DNA of 64,000 nt from an uncultured Planctomycetaceae bacterium. Lineage in GTDB: Bacteria > Planctomycetota > Planctomycetia > Planctomycetales > Planctomycetaceae. The translations under genes were made by a program, and so were the position numbers. Below the pieces are notes generated by a model, which was not told where the DNA came from, searched no databases, and was given only the letters and a program-made list of their open reading frames with translations. Positions within the stretch are counted from its first letter, which is position 1. Each line of letters begins with the position of its first letter. This document shows, in pieces, positions 53,605 to 64,000 of this stretch. Where the stretch lies: NCBI GenBank assembly GCA_963815195.1, contig CAWFGE010000008.1:192001-256000 (forward strand), written 5' to 3'.

Positions 53605-53674
53605 TGTGAGCGGCACGGCGCTAGCCGCCGGTTCCTCGTACAAAAAACCGGCGGCTAGCGCCGTGCCGCTCACA
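53605..53674. repeat. REP-like perfect 28-bp inverted repeat
   Basis: TGTGAGCGGCACGGCGCTAGCCGCCGGT ... ACCGGCGGCTAGCGCCGTGCCGCTCACA. Confidence 0.9.
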
Positions 53675-53696
53675 GTCTTCTTCCCACTCGAACGGG

Positions 53697-54344
53697 ATGC
53701 CCATCATCATGTCCACCTCCTTTGGCGAGCCGGAGTTGATCGAACAGATTCGGGCGGGGAATTCCGACGCCTGGCAGGCATTGATCGATCGGTTTGAAGG
53801 CCGGCTTCTGGCGTTCGTCAACAGCCGGCTGCGGAACCGCCCGGCGAGCGAAGACGTGGTGCAGGAGACCTTCATGGGCTTCCTGGTGAGCCTGCCCAAC
53901 TACGACGACCGCACGCCCTTGGAGTCGTATCTGTTTTCCATCGCGGCCCATAAGCTGACCGACCAGATGCGCCGCGAAGGCCGGCGGCCGACGATTCCGC
54001 TCGTTCTCAAGGACGAAGACGCCGGCCCCGAACCCCGGGGCAAAGCGCGGCCCGCCTCCAGCCTGGCCCGCAGCCAGGAACGCCGGGTGATCGAGCACAA
54101 CATCATCGGCCGCTGCCTGGGGGATTTGATCGCCGGCTGGCGGGAGCGCGGCGAATACGAGCGGCTCAAGTGCATCGAACTCTTGTTCGTAACCGGCTTG
54201 GCGAACAAGCACGCCGCCCAGCGGCTGGGCATCAGCGAGCAAGCCGTCGCCAACCATAAGCACTTTGTGGTCTCCAAGCTCAAAGACGCCGCCGCCTGGG
54301 CCCGCGTCGAAGACTTCGATCCGGAAGAGTTTGGCGTCAACTGA
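53697..54344 (+). CDS. ECF RNA polymerase sigma factor
   Basis: AWQALIDRFEGRL, SEDVVQETF, YLFSIA, region 4 HAAQRLGISEQAV. Confidence 0.9.
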   Translation: MPIIMSTSFGEPELIEQIRAGNSDAWQALIDRFEGRLLAFVNSRLRNRPASEDVVQETFMGFLVSLPNYDDRTPLESYLFSIAAHKLTDQMRREGRRPTIPLVLKDEDAGPEPRGKARPASSLARSQERRVIEHNIIGRCLGDLIAGWRERGEYERLKCIELLFVTGLANKHAAQRLGISEQAVANHKHFVVSKLKDAAAWARVEDFDPEEFGVN

Positions 54345-54355
54345 GTCCCGGTCGG

Positions 54356-55114
54356 TTACCGTTCGCGCAAAAAGGAAACCAAGCCCGGGGACAAATCGTC
54401 GTAGGGTCTGGCGGCCGGGGAAGCCGGGGCGTGGAGGAACCGAGCTTTATGAAGATCGTCCGGGAGCATGAGGAGGCTGGACGAGACGGTCCCTCGGCCG
54501 GCCACGCACGGCAGGCACAATGCATCTCCCTCGGCCTCTTCGCCCAAGCCGCAAAAGAGTTGGGCCTCCTGGATCCAGCCTTCAAGCGTCGGCCCTGTTT
54601 GGTGAAACTCGCGGAGCAGGCGGCGAATCCGGCGGATGCGCGGGTCCGCGGGATCGTCCCAATCCCCGTTGGCGACGGCGTGCACTCCGGGCGTGATGGG
54701 TTGGATTTGAAGCGGATCGCCGGCCGAGAACACGAGTCCCCGCTCGCGGGACAGAAGCATCAGGTTGAAGCCAGCGAACTCTTCGCGGTCCTGTTGCCGA
54801 TGAAACTCCGCGACCGCGGCCTCAAACTCGCCTTGCTCCAAAACCTCCCGGCACAACAGGCCCCGCGATTTGGGGCAATTCGGCGGATGCGTTTTCGGGC
54901 GGTTGGTGACGGCCACGATGAGGCCCGTGCGGTTGATTCCCAACCAGGTGCCCCCCGCCCGCAGGTCGCGTCCGCCGAGCCAAGAGCCTAAGGGATTGTG
55001 CCCCTGCGCCACCTCGGGAAAACCACTTGGCCGGTCGATGAATTCTTCCCGATTGGCCAGCACCAACACCGGACAGTTGGGAATTGTCTGGTAAACGACT
55101 GCCAACAAGCACAT
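54356..55114 (-). CDS. NRDE/TANGO2 family protein
   Basis: MCLL, ANREE, GRDLRAGGTWLG, SRGLL, GTVSS. Confidence 0.9.
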   Translation of the reverse strand: MCLLAVVYQTIPNCPVLVLANREEFIDRPSGFPEVAQGHNPLGSWLGGRDLRAGGTWLGINRTGLIVAVTNRPKTHPPNCPKSRGLLCREVLEQGEFEAAVAEFHRQQDREEFAGFNLMLLSRERGLVFSAGDPLQIQPITPGVHAVANGDWDDPADPRIRRIRRLLREFHQTGPTLEGWIQEAQLFCGLGEEAEGDALCLPCVAGRGTVSSSLLMLPDDLHKARFLHAPASPAARPYDDLSPGLVSFLRER

Positions 55115-55589
55115 CAGATGTTACAATTCGATAGACAGAATTCTCGGTAGCGGGGGTCGCCCGGAGATTTTAAGATATTTTCCGGGCGAGCGAACAACTT
55201 GGAGAATGGCGGGGGTCGGGGAAAATCACAAGAGACCCCTGGAAAAAGCTCCGTATCTCTTGAGCAATTCGTTCAAATACCCCATATTCACCTGACGGAA
55301 CGATGCGACCTGAAATGGCAGTGAATCCCGAGATCGCCCGGGATCTATGGCAAATCCCGCTAGTTTCGCAATCGAGAAACAGATATACTCCACAAGTTAT
55401 TCCAGGCGATGCGTTCCGTATTCCCCTGGAACAAACACACCCTACCCCGAGCCCCTCTGTTTTCACAAGTTGACCATCACCCTCTGAAAGCGGCGTGCGA
55501 TTGGGTTGGGCACGGAAGCCTCGATTCGTAACATCGTTCCCCACAAGTCCTTTCTCTCGATTTTGAATCCTCTACCGGATTGTAGAGTT

Positions 55590-56771
55590 ATGGCACATAC
55601 CACTCCTCATCTTTCCTCCCAGAATCTCGCTTCTCCCGCGCAAAATGAACTGAGGGACACAGTTCCGGTGGCCGTCGCGGAGAAGGTGTCTCCCGCTCCG
55701 ACCAATGGAAACGGAGCCAAGCCCAATGGTTCGGCCAAGCCCGACGCGAAATCGTCGGGCAAACTCTTCAAACTCAGCCGGCGCACGCAGTCGCTGATGG
55801 GCGTGCAAGTTGTGGGGACCGGATCATACCTCCCCAAAACGATCGTCAGCAATCGGGAACTTGAGCAAAAATATGGCATCGAGCAAGGCTGGATCGAGCA
55901 GCGGACCGGGATTTTGAGCCGCCGCCACGCCGCGCCCGGCGAAGCAACCAGCCAGATGTGCACCGAAGCGGCCCGGCGGGCGATTCGCGCGGCCCAGATC
56001 AACAAAAACGACATCGACCTGGTGGTTGTGGGGACGTTCACGCCGGACTACCACTGCCCCTCGACCGCGTGCCTGGTGCAGAATCAACTCAAACTCGACG
56101 CCCCGGCGGTCGATCTGCAAGCCGCGTGCTCGGGGTTCGTTTACGCCCTTGTCACCGCGGCCCAATACGTCGCCACGGGCAACAGCAAGATGGCCTTGGT
56201 CTTGGGCGGCGACACCAACTCGCGGATCGTCGATCCCTGGGACCAGCGGACCGGGCCGTTGTTCGGCGATGGGGCCGGGGCCGTGATTCTGACCAAGGGC
56301 TCGGACAAGCAGGGCCTGGTGTGCTATCAAATGGGCGCCGACGGCAGCGGCGGGCCGCTCTTACAGATTCCCAGCGGAGGCACCGCGGCCCCGTCCCAGG
56401 CGAAAGACCTGGAAAACGGCGGCCTCTATCTCCAAATGGACGGCCGCAGCGTTTTCAAATGGGCGGTCCAAGCCCTGACGGAAACCATTGGGCTGATGCT
56501 CGACACCACCAAACTCTCCGCGAACGATGTGGCCTGCTACCTGATCCACCAGGCCAACATCCGCATCATCAACAACGCCATGCAGCAATTGGGCATTTCG
56601 GAAGACCGGGTGTACAACAACCTCGAAAAATACGGCAACACCTCCGGCGGCTCGATTCCCATCGCCCTCGACGAAGCCCAAAGAGCCAACCGCTTCGACC
56701 GCGGCGACACGCTGCTCTTCAGCGGCTTCGGAGCCGGTCTCACCTGGGGCACCGCGCTCTTCCGCTGGTAG
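55590..56771 (+). CDS. fabH: Beta-ketoacyl-ACP synthase III
   Basis: AACSGF, FGDGAGA, HQANIRI, GNTS, GFGAGLTWG. Confidence 0.93.
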   Translation: MAHTTPHLSSQNLASPAQNELRDTVPVAVAEKVSPAPTNGNGAKPNGSAKPDAKSSGKLFKLSRRTQSLMGVQVVGTGSYLPKTIVSNRELEQKYGIEQGWIEQRTGILSRRHAAPGEATSQMCTEAARRAIRAAQINKNDIDLVVVGTFTPDYHCPSTACLVQNQLKLDAPAVDLQAACSGFVYALVTAAQYVATGNSKMALVLGGDTNSRIVDPWDQRTGPLFGDGAGAVILTKGSDKQGLVCYQMGADGSGGPLLQIPSGGTAAPSQAKDLENGGLYLQMDGRSVFKWAVQALTETIGLMLDTTKLSANDVACYLIHQANIRIINNAMQQLGISEDRVYNNLEKYGNTSGGSIPIALDEAQRANRFDRGDTLLFSGFGAGLTWGTALFRW

Positions 56772-56850
56772 TAAGGCCGGCAAATCAGCCGCGATGGGAA
56801 GGCTGAAAATTAGCCGCAGGGCGCTCGCCCCGGTTCTTTTTCGGCGACTT

Positions 56851-57417
56851 TCAGCAAAAGGCGATGACGACGCCTTGTCCCCGGTTCGCGGCCTGGCTCA
56901 AAAAGGTCCGCAGCGATTCCACGTGTTGAGCCAGGAACTCAAAATCCTCGGCTTCTTCCAGCGTCCAATCCTCGTCGTCAGAATCCTCAAGCTCGATCAG
57001 AATGTGCGAGACGGAATACTCCCAATGATCGGACTCCGCCCGCCGGTCTTCGGAAAGACGCCGGTAGATTCCCTCGTCGGCAGGCCCCATGCGAAACCGG
57101 CGTTCGAGTTCCACGTCCGAAAGCCAGGTCAACGCCTGATGGAATCGCTTGACTTCCTCCGGGCTGAAGAACCGCGGCGGATCGAGGGATGGTTCGACCG
57201 GTTCGAGCACGCAGCCGCCCGTCTGCAGGAAACTCGCCGTCTCGTCGCCGACGGCCGGCGGAAACGACAACACGCGGTGAATCGCCTGCCAGCACGTTTC
57301 CAAATCGCACCACGCCGCCCCGCCGAGCACGCTGCGCCCGAGAACCCACGCGGGATTCGCCTCGAGATCGCCCCGTTCCGCCGCATCCACCGCAAATAGC
57401 CGGCAGTTTTCGCCCAT
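56851..57417 (-). CDS. DUF1877 (YfbM-like) protein
   Basis: DLETCWQAIHRVL, RFFSPEEV, LRTFLSQAANRGQGVV. Confidence 0.7.
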   Translation of the reverse strand: MGENCRLFAVDAAERGDLEANPAWVLGRSVLGGAAWCDLETCWQAIHRVLSFPPAVGDETASFLQTGGCVLEPVEPSLDPPRFFSPEEVKRFHQALTWLSDVELERRFRMGPADEGIYRRLSEDRRAESDHWEYSVSHILIELEDSDDEDWTLEEAEDFEFLAQHVESLRTFLSQAANRGQGVVIAFC

Positions 57418-57552
57418 GTCCCGCTCCAAAAGCCATTCGCGCAAAAGCATCCCAGGCAGAAAACTCGCGCCCTCCTGCAAAATAAAGATAGCTTTTGAAC
57501 GGAGTCGTCGCGGAGATTTCTGCCGAAATCTGCGCGGCCAATGGGGAAACGT

Positions 57553-59676
57553 CTATTTTGCGGCGGGCAGGAACTGCACGGCGTCGATAATGACGTAGCC
57601 GTTTGTTCCTGCATTGGAGATGACGATCTTCGCCGATTCACCGAATGCGAAGGTGCCCACGCCCGTCGTGAGATCGTCGTGTTGGGGCGGCTGTTTTTCG
57701 TTGAGGACGACCTTCGTGGCTTCGCCTTGATGATGGACGGCGATCGGCACGTTCGTCGCGCGGTTTGAGCCGGCGGAATAAGCGATGCGGACCTCATACC
57801 GGCCGGGTTTGAGCTTCGCTTCAAACGTGGCGGTCTTCTCGCCTTTGTTCGCGTTGGCGTCGTGGCGGTAACTGACATCGACAAACTTCCCGAGCGTGGT
57901 GCTCGTGCCCCAGTCGCCGGTCAATTTCGCCTGGCGGTCGTCGATGACGGCCCCTTTAAGATCCTTCGCGGGCACACTGGATGGATGGGTCGATTCCAGA
58001 ATCTGCCCATCGGCGAGCAGTTGTTTCTTCAGGGTGTCATAAGGCAGATCCTGCACGGCGATGTTGTTGTCCATCGACAGCACCGCGGCGGTCGCGGCGG
58101 ATTGGCCCAAGATCATAAACACCGGCTCCATGCGGATCGAACCGTAGGCGATATGGCTCGACGAGACGCACACCGGCACGAGCAGGTTTTCGCACTCGGA
58201 TTTTTTCGGCACGAGCGAACCGTAGCCGATTTCATAAGGCCGGGGCGGTGAGACGCCGATGTCGCCTTCGTTTTGCACATGGCCGTCCGGCGTGACGTAC
58301 CTTTGGACGTTATGCGAATCCATCGTGTAAGACCCCATGCCCACGGAGCCGGGCGTTTCGCGGGTGTCGAGGCAATCGTGTTCGGTCATCACGTATTCGC
58401 CGATCATCCGCCGGGCTTCCCGCACGTAGATCTGATGCGGCCAGTTTCCCGTGTCGGTGAACTCATCTTTCGCGAGCCCCCAGGTCGCCATCTTCTTGCG
58501 GACGTCCGCCGGTACGCGGGGATCGTTGGCGATGAAATACATCAGCCCCTCTTGGTAGGTTTTGTGTTCGCCCAAGATCTCCTGCCGGCGTTCGTAGCTG
58601 GCTTCGGGGTAATCGTAGTTGTAGCCGATGTTGTCCGTGCTGAACGGCCCGTGGTTGTTGGTGTCGGTTTTGTGATTGGGGATCGGATCGAACTTGTTGA
58701 ACGTCTGCCGCCAACCCGCGTTATACACCCGCAGCAAAAGCTCGTACTGTTTGGGGTCGTATTTTTTGGGCTTGGGAAACGGCACGCGGTTTCGGTCATC
58801 GTTCGTCAAACACATGCGGTAGCAATACGCCTGCACGCGGCTGTCGCCTTCGCCTTTGGTTCCCGGCGGATCGGCACTGATGCGGGGCAATAATCCGCTC
58901 GTCGGGTCGCCCGGTTTGGCGTAGGGATCGACCGGTTTTTGAAACCAATGCCCGTGATGCAAGACGCCCACTTGAATCCCGTTCCAATGCTCGCCATACA
59001 CCGAGTTCGCTTCGCGGCCGACGTGGTATTGGACGCCGGCGGCCGCCATCAAGTCGCCTTCGTAGGTCGCATCGATAAACATCTTCCCGCGGTAGGTTTT
59101 GCCGGAGAGCATCTTGATCGCGCGAATCCGCCCGCCGGATTTCTCCACGCCCCCGCCGGGTTTTCGGTCCAGCCATTCCTCGCGGTGCACGGGGATGTTG
59201 TATTCGCGGACGAAATCCTCGTACACGCCAAGGGCGGCGTGCGGCTCGAAGATCCACATTGTCCGCTGGGCCCCATCGATGGCGGGCGTGCCTTGGCCTT
59301 TGTTGCCGTAGTCTTGGCGGTCCTGCCAGGTCCAGGCCTCGTCCTTTTGATAATGTTTCCAGATGCGATGATAGAACTCCCGGCTCAGCCCGCCGATGAC
59401 GGCTTTGTTGCCCGTGTCGGTAAACCCCAAGCCGCCGCTGGTCATCCCGCCCAAATGCCGATCCGGGCAGACGATGATCGCCGACTTGCCCATTTTCTTC
59501 GCCTGGACCGCCGCGATCACGGCCGCGCTGGTTCCGCCGTAAACGACGACATCGTAGCTTTGCCCGGCCGATGCCGGCTTGTCTTCTGCAACAATTCGCG
59601 CGTCTCGGCCCGCGGGAAACACGGCCAGGAAACTTAGGACGGCGGCCAGAAAAAACTTCGGATCAATGCGGTTCAT
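57553..59676 (-). CDS. Secreted FAD-dependent oxidoreductase with C-terminal Golvesin/xanthan-lyase-like domain
   Basis: VVVYGGT, IDATYEGDL, YVREARR, SIRMEPVFM, GYVIIDAVQF. Confidence 0.9.
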   Translation of the reverse strand: MNRIDPKFFLAAVLSFLAVFPAGRDARIVAEDKPASAGQSYDVVVYGGTSAAVIAAVQAKKMGKSAIIVCPDRHLGGMTSGGLGFTDTGNKAVIGGLSREFYHRIWKHYQKDEAWTWQDRQDYGNKGQGTPAIDGAQRTMWIFEPHAALGVYEDFVREYNIPVHREEWLDRKPGGGVEKSGGRIRAIKMLSGKTYRGKMFIDATYEGDLMAAAGVQYHVGREANSVYGEHWNGIQVGVLHHGHWFQKPVDPYAKPGDPTSGLLPRISADPPGTKGEGDSRVQAYCYRMCLTNDDRNRVPFPKPKKYDPKQYELLLRVYNAGWRQTFNKFDPIPNHKTDTNNHGPFSTDNIGYNYDYPEASYERRQEILGEHKTYQEGLMYFIANDPRVPADVRKKMATWGLAKDEFTDTGNWPHQIYVREARRMIGEYVMTEHDCLDTRETPGSVGMGSYTMDSHNVQRYVTPDGHVQNEGDIGVSPPRPYEIGYGSLVPKKSECENLLVPVCVSSSHIAYGSIRMEPVFMILGQSAATAAVLSMDNNIAVQDLPYDTLKKQLLADGQILESTHPSSVPAKDLKGAVIDDRQAKLTGDWGTSTTLGKFVDVSYRHDANANKGEKTATFEAKLKPGRYEVRIAYSAGSNRATNVPIAVHHQGEATKVVLNEKQPPQHDDLTTGVGTFAFGESAKIVISNAGTNGYVIIDAVQFLPAAK

Positions 59677-59880
59677 GCGGAACGTGTCTCCAAGACTTTT
59701 TCAGGACGACGGCTTCGTGGCAGGCAAATCTGCGGGCCAGAGCGATGGTGGAGATCGCCGGGAAAGGAAAAGGCCAGCCCACTCAACTCAACGAGGACTG
59801 GCCACGAACAATGTTATCATGGGTGGAGGGGATTTGCACGATCAGGCCACGGTTTTGCCGGGGTGCGTGAAACCATTGCA

Positions 59881-62020
59881 TCAGTCGAATGGATTGATGC
59901 CGAGGGTTTGCCGATCCAACCGCAACACAAAAACCTGCCCGTTCGTGTCCGTGCCCCAGATCAGCTTTCGGCGGGGGTCGAACATCAGGCCATCGGAGCG
60001 GCGGTGAGGAAAATCGCGCGTCGTCCTTCCGGCCCGTTGCCCCGTCGCATATTTGATGTCGAGCGTAATCCAGCGGTTCTTTTCAGAGTCGTAAGCGGGC
60101 GTCGGCGTGTGATCGCCGGCGTCTTTCAAATAGGCCCCCAACAGAAGCAGATCGTTTGCGGCATCGTAGCAGCCCTTGTCGATGTTGGAAAACCGCTGGG
60201 CCTGCGCGGCCCGCGGGCGAGAGGGCCTTGACGGTTCCAGTTTTCAGGTCGAGCGACCACACCTGCCCGTCGAAGGGTTTTCCATAACCCAGCGTGTTGA
60301 GCATCAGCACTCGGTCGCGTTTCGCATCGTAGGCGATCGTGGAATTGTCCACATAAGCCCCGGGGAGCGTGTCGCCGGAAAGCTCCAGTTCGAGCCATTT
60401 TCCCGCTTTGTGGTCGTAGCGATGCACGCGGCCGTTCTTGTCCCAGCAGACGACCCCGTGAGGCGTTGCGGTCAAGGTCAGCGTGTAGAAACAACTGTTG
60501 TACTGCATGGCCTGGGGCTTTTCGCCGCGGCCGACCCAATCGCCGGCGTCGGGATCATAAATATAAAAATGCCGCGGCCGGCCCGTCTGGATCATCATCC
60601 GGCTGGGCGGATCGTAGTCGTAATTCTGATAGGTATGGCCGGTCATCCAGGGGCGTTTGTTGAAGTTGAAGCCGTCGGGGTAGCTGGTGTTGCTGTAAAG
60701 CTGACCGAGCGGAAACTCGACGGGGAACGGCAGCTCCCAGCGATTCGTGGCGAAGTGAAACTGCAGAACGTCGGTGCCGCCGTGCGCGGAATGCCCGCCG
60801 CTCCAGCGAAGCATCAGATCGCGATCGGGGTCGATGCGGGCCGTGCCCCAATCGCGATTCAACTGCGGCAAGCGGGGCGGATTCGTGGGCGTCCATTCAT
60901 TCGCGGGAATCGCTTTCAGCCAGGCCTCGAACTTTTCCGCATCGGGACTTGGCCCCTCGAAATAAAACTCGGGATGAAAGGGGCCGGTGCGGTAAACGCG
61001 CGAGTCGGGGGCCACAAGTTGGCCACCGGTCCATGTGTCGGCTTTCAGGTTATAAGTCCATTCCCCGTCATCGAGATCGACATATTGTCCGCTGACATAA
61101 TCGGTGGCGGACGAATACGTGTAACCGGCGGTCATGCGGATCGTGCCGTCGCCTGGAGCTTTCAAGCGATGGTTGGCTCGCGGCGGCGGTGCGGATTCGG
61201 GATGCCGTTGGAACCAGCGCTCGACTTTCGGATCGAAAACCCAGGTGTCATTGGTCAGATAATCCAGATGATCCCCGCCGAACAAAACGTACAGCCCGGT
61301 TTGGGAGTCATAAACCAGCGTCTCACCCTCGGCACCGAAATTGTCTTGGGACCGCCGCGCGGCTCCGCAGTTCATGGCCCGCGCCGGCGGCTCCGCCTCG
61401 AGCGCTTCGGCCGCGATCTCCAATTGAATTTGCGCTCGATGCAAATCGGAAAGCGAATCCGCTTCGGCTCCGTTCTGAAAATCGGGGATCAACTCTCGGG
61501 CACGCGCGAGGTGTTTCTGGGCAAACCGGGCTTGCGATTGCCAATAATTATCGTCCGTGGCGGTCGAGGCTAGCGCAGATTCGAGTTCGCCGAGATCGCG
61601 TTCCCGTTTGGCCAAGGGCATTTTGACTTTGCTCTTTAGAAGCTCCCCAACGTCCGCGGCGGGACGCCCTTGAAAGTACATCGATCGGGCACTCGCAAGA
61701 ATGTTTTTCACCGATTGCCGCTGTGACCAGACTCGTTCGTGCAGATTTTGCAGCGGATCGGCATTGCGGAGTTCGGCGCGAATCGGTTTCCACCGGCCGT
61801 CCATCAGAATCCGCGTATGGGGCCGCCCGTCGTCGGCCATTTGATCTTGCCCGCCAAAGGCCAAGCCCCGGCCTTCCGGCTCGCGGCACGCGGCTCCCCA
61901 AATCACCCGTTGCTTGAGATCCACGCTGTTCAAGCGATAGCTCTTCTGTTGCCCCCTCGCGGCGACGGCCTGAACGAAGATCAAACAAATCACGGTGACG
62001 GCATTATGCGCGATTCTCAT
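59881..62020 (-). CDS. Secreted kelch/beta-propeller-like protein, frameshift near 60205
   Basis: VLFGGD...NDTWVFDP..W repeats; C-terminus continues in the 59881-60141 frame. Confidence 0.7.
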
Positions 62021-62543
62021 ACGGTCCCCCCGGTTGGAACGATTGGATTGGCGGACTTTTTTCGGCCGCGTTTCATTAAAAGCAACGGCACTCAATTTGT
62101 CCATCAATCGACAGAAAGCCCAGGAGCAGATCGCTCTGCGGCTGGCTGGCCTGGTTGACGTTTCGGCATCAGCAAAGTCACAGCGGGGCGAACGGCTGGT
62201 TCTGGGCCGGGTTCGTTTTTCTTTTTGGTCTGCCGGGCTATGCGGGTTACCGCCTGCATCGCAGTTGGCCGCCGGCCGAACCCTTGCCGGCTCCCACACG
62301 GACGGGGCGGGAAATCTTTGAATAAACTGAAATTAACCTACGTGACCCCGTGGACAAAATCTGGCGAACAAAACCGGGTTCATTCCAGGAATTTCCGCCC
62401 ATGTTTCCGATTCGATTCCGCTTCAAAACTCCTCATATTTAAGGGGAAAGGAGGATCGACTCCTCCGTTTCCATTTCGGCCCCCGGCCATTTGCATTATA
62501 AGAGAATGATTATGGGTCGTGGCTGAAATCACAAAACCCGAGG

Positions 62544-64000
62544 ATGGAGAAGACAGGTGCAGTGTGGCAAAGAAAAAAACGGGCCTCGCGAAAAAAAAGC
62601 GTCCCTCGAAAGGAGAAAGCGCAAACGTCTTCTCGAAAGACATCCGCCCAAAAAACAAAAGAGGCTTCGCGCGGTGAAACCTGTGCGATTGTGGGCATCG
62701 GGGCTTCGGCGGGCGGCTTGGACGCCACCCGGAGATTCTTCGATGCCATGCCGGATGATCCCGGACTGGCGGTGGTTGTCATCCAGCATCTCGATCCCAG
62801 CAAAAAAAGCTACACGCCGGAGTTATTGGTCAAACACACGGCGATGCAGGTCACCGAAGTCTGCGACGATCCGGTGGTCAAACCCAACCGGGTGTATGTG
62901 ATCCCGCCCGGCAAGTATCTGTCGATCGCCCAGGGCGTTCTGCATCTTTCCGAACCGGACGAGCCCCGCGGCCAGCGGCGGGCCATCGATTTCTTTCTGC
63001 GCTCGCTCGCCGAAGACCAGAAGCGACGCGCCGTCGGCGTGATTTTATCCGGGACCGGGACCGACGGCACGCTGGGGATCAAAGCCATCAAGCAGCGGGG
63101 CGGAATGGTGATCGCCCAGGATCCCGCCACCGCCGGCTTCGATAGCATGCCCCGCAGTGCCGTCAACACCGGCGTCGTCGATTATGTCCTGCCCCCCGAG
63201 CAAATCCCCGAAACGCTGGTGCTCTACGCCCGGCATCCCTATGTCTGCGAAGAGGGATCGGCCGAGCGGGAGGACGCCGAGGAAGCTCTCGACACGGAGC
63301 CGGCGGAATCGAAATCGGAGAAACCCGCCGGGCTTGGCCAAATCCTGGCCCTGTTGCGGACGCGCACGCGGCACGATTTCCAGAACTACAAGGAGAACAC
63401 CATCATCCGCCGGACCCACCGGCGGATGTGTTTGTTGCACTTGAACGACTACGCCGATTACCTGGATTACCTCCACGAGCATCCCGCCGAGGTCCTGGCG
63501 CTGGTGAAGGATTTGCTGATCAGCGTCACGGATTTCTTTCGCGATCCCGAAGCCTGGGGCGAGCTTCAGCCGTTGCTGCGGGAACTGATTTCCGGGAAGG
63601 AACCGGAAGCGGCGATCCGGGTCTGGGTGCCGGGCTGCGCGACGGGCGAAGAGGCTTACACCTTGGCCATGCTCATCATGGAAGAGTTGGAGAAGGCCAA
63701 AAAGCCCTGCCCCGTGCAGGTCTTTGCCTCGGACATCGACAACGACGCATTGGAATACGCCCGGCACGGCCGATATCCGGCCAGCATCGAGGCCGATGTT
63801 TCCCCGGAACGGTTCGCGCGGTTTTTCACGAGTGCCGACGGCAGCGAGTATTACCGCGTCGACAAGGCTCTCCGCGAAGCGGTGGTGTTTGCCGACCAGA
63901 ACTTGATCGCCGACCCGCCGTTCTCCAAGCTGGATCTCATCTGCTGCCGAAACGTGTTGATTTATCTCAAGCCGGAGGTGCAGGACAAGATCATCGCCAT
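62544..64000 (+). CDS. CheB/CheR fusion protein (partial, runs off window)
   Basis: VGIGASAGG, IQHLDP, LSGTGTDG, ISVTDFFRD, WVPGCATGEEAY, LDLICCRNVLIY. Confidence 0.9.
   Translation, partial: MEKTGAVWQRKKRASRKKSVPRKEKAQTSSRKTSAQKTKEASRGETCAIVGIGASAGGLDATRRFFDAMPDDPGLAVVVIQHLDPSKKSYTPELLVKHTAMQVTEVCDDPVVKPNRVYVIPPGKYLSIAQGVLHLSEPDEPRGQRRAIDFFLRSLAEDQKRRAVGVILSGTGTDGTLGIKAIKQRGGMVIAQDPATAGFDSMPRSAVNTGVVDYVLPPEQIPETLVLYARHPYVCEEGSAEREDAEEALDTEPAESKSEKPAGLGQILALLRTRTRHDFQNYKENTIIRRTHRRMCLLHLNDYADYLDYLHEHPAEVLALVKDLLISVTDFFRDPEAWGELQPLLRELISGKEPEAAIRVWVPGCATGEEAYTLAMLIMEELEKAKKPCPVQVFASDIDNDALEYARHGRYPASIEADVSPERFARFFTSADGSEYYRVDKALREAVVFADQNLIADPPFSKLDLICCRNVLIYLKPEVQDKIIA

Overview
High-GC bacterial chromosomal segment, very likely a planctomycete. 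This is inferred from the planctomycete-type TolC, the BlaI/M56-secretin fusion, Zn-ribbon membrane proteins and the kinase/ECF cluster. Backbone at about 1-6.5 kb and 31.8-64 kb flanks a ~25 kb mosaic island beginning at tRNA-Arg(TCG). The island carries: a tyrosine integrase and excisionase; small PC4-like paralogues; Replic_Relax-like genes; a truncated second recombinase; an ORF-less group II intron 5' fragment; an ergothioneine module (egtB-egtD divergent from a betaine-type ABC importer) followed by a thiol/oxidative-stress cassette; one IS481 and two IS1380 copies, whose target duplications allow two interrupted genes to be rejoined in frame; and a right border resembling an att site with a tRNA-Ser 3' fragment. 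The most unusual non-coding signal is a 142-bp element with 18-bp terminal inverted repeats. It occurs four times and always sits between direct duplications of flanking host DNA of very different lengths (277 bp, ~100-140 bp, 33 bp), including pieces of genes. Several genes carry single-base frameshifts that may be sequencing errors. All protein calls are by-eye motif recognition; no searches were run.
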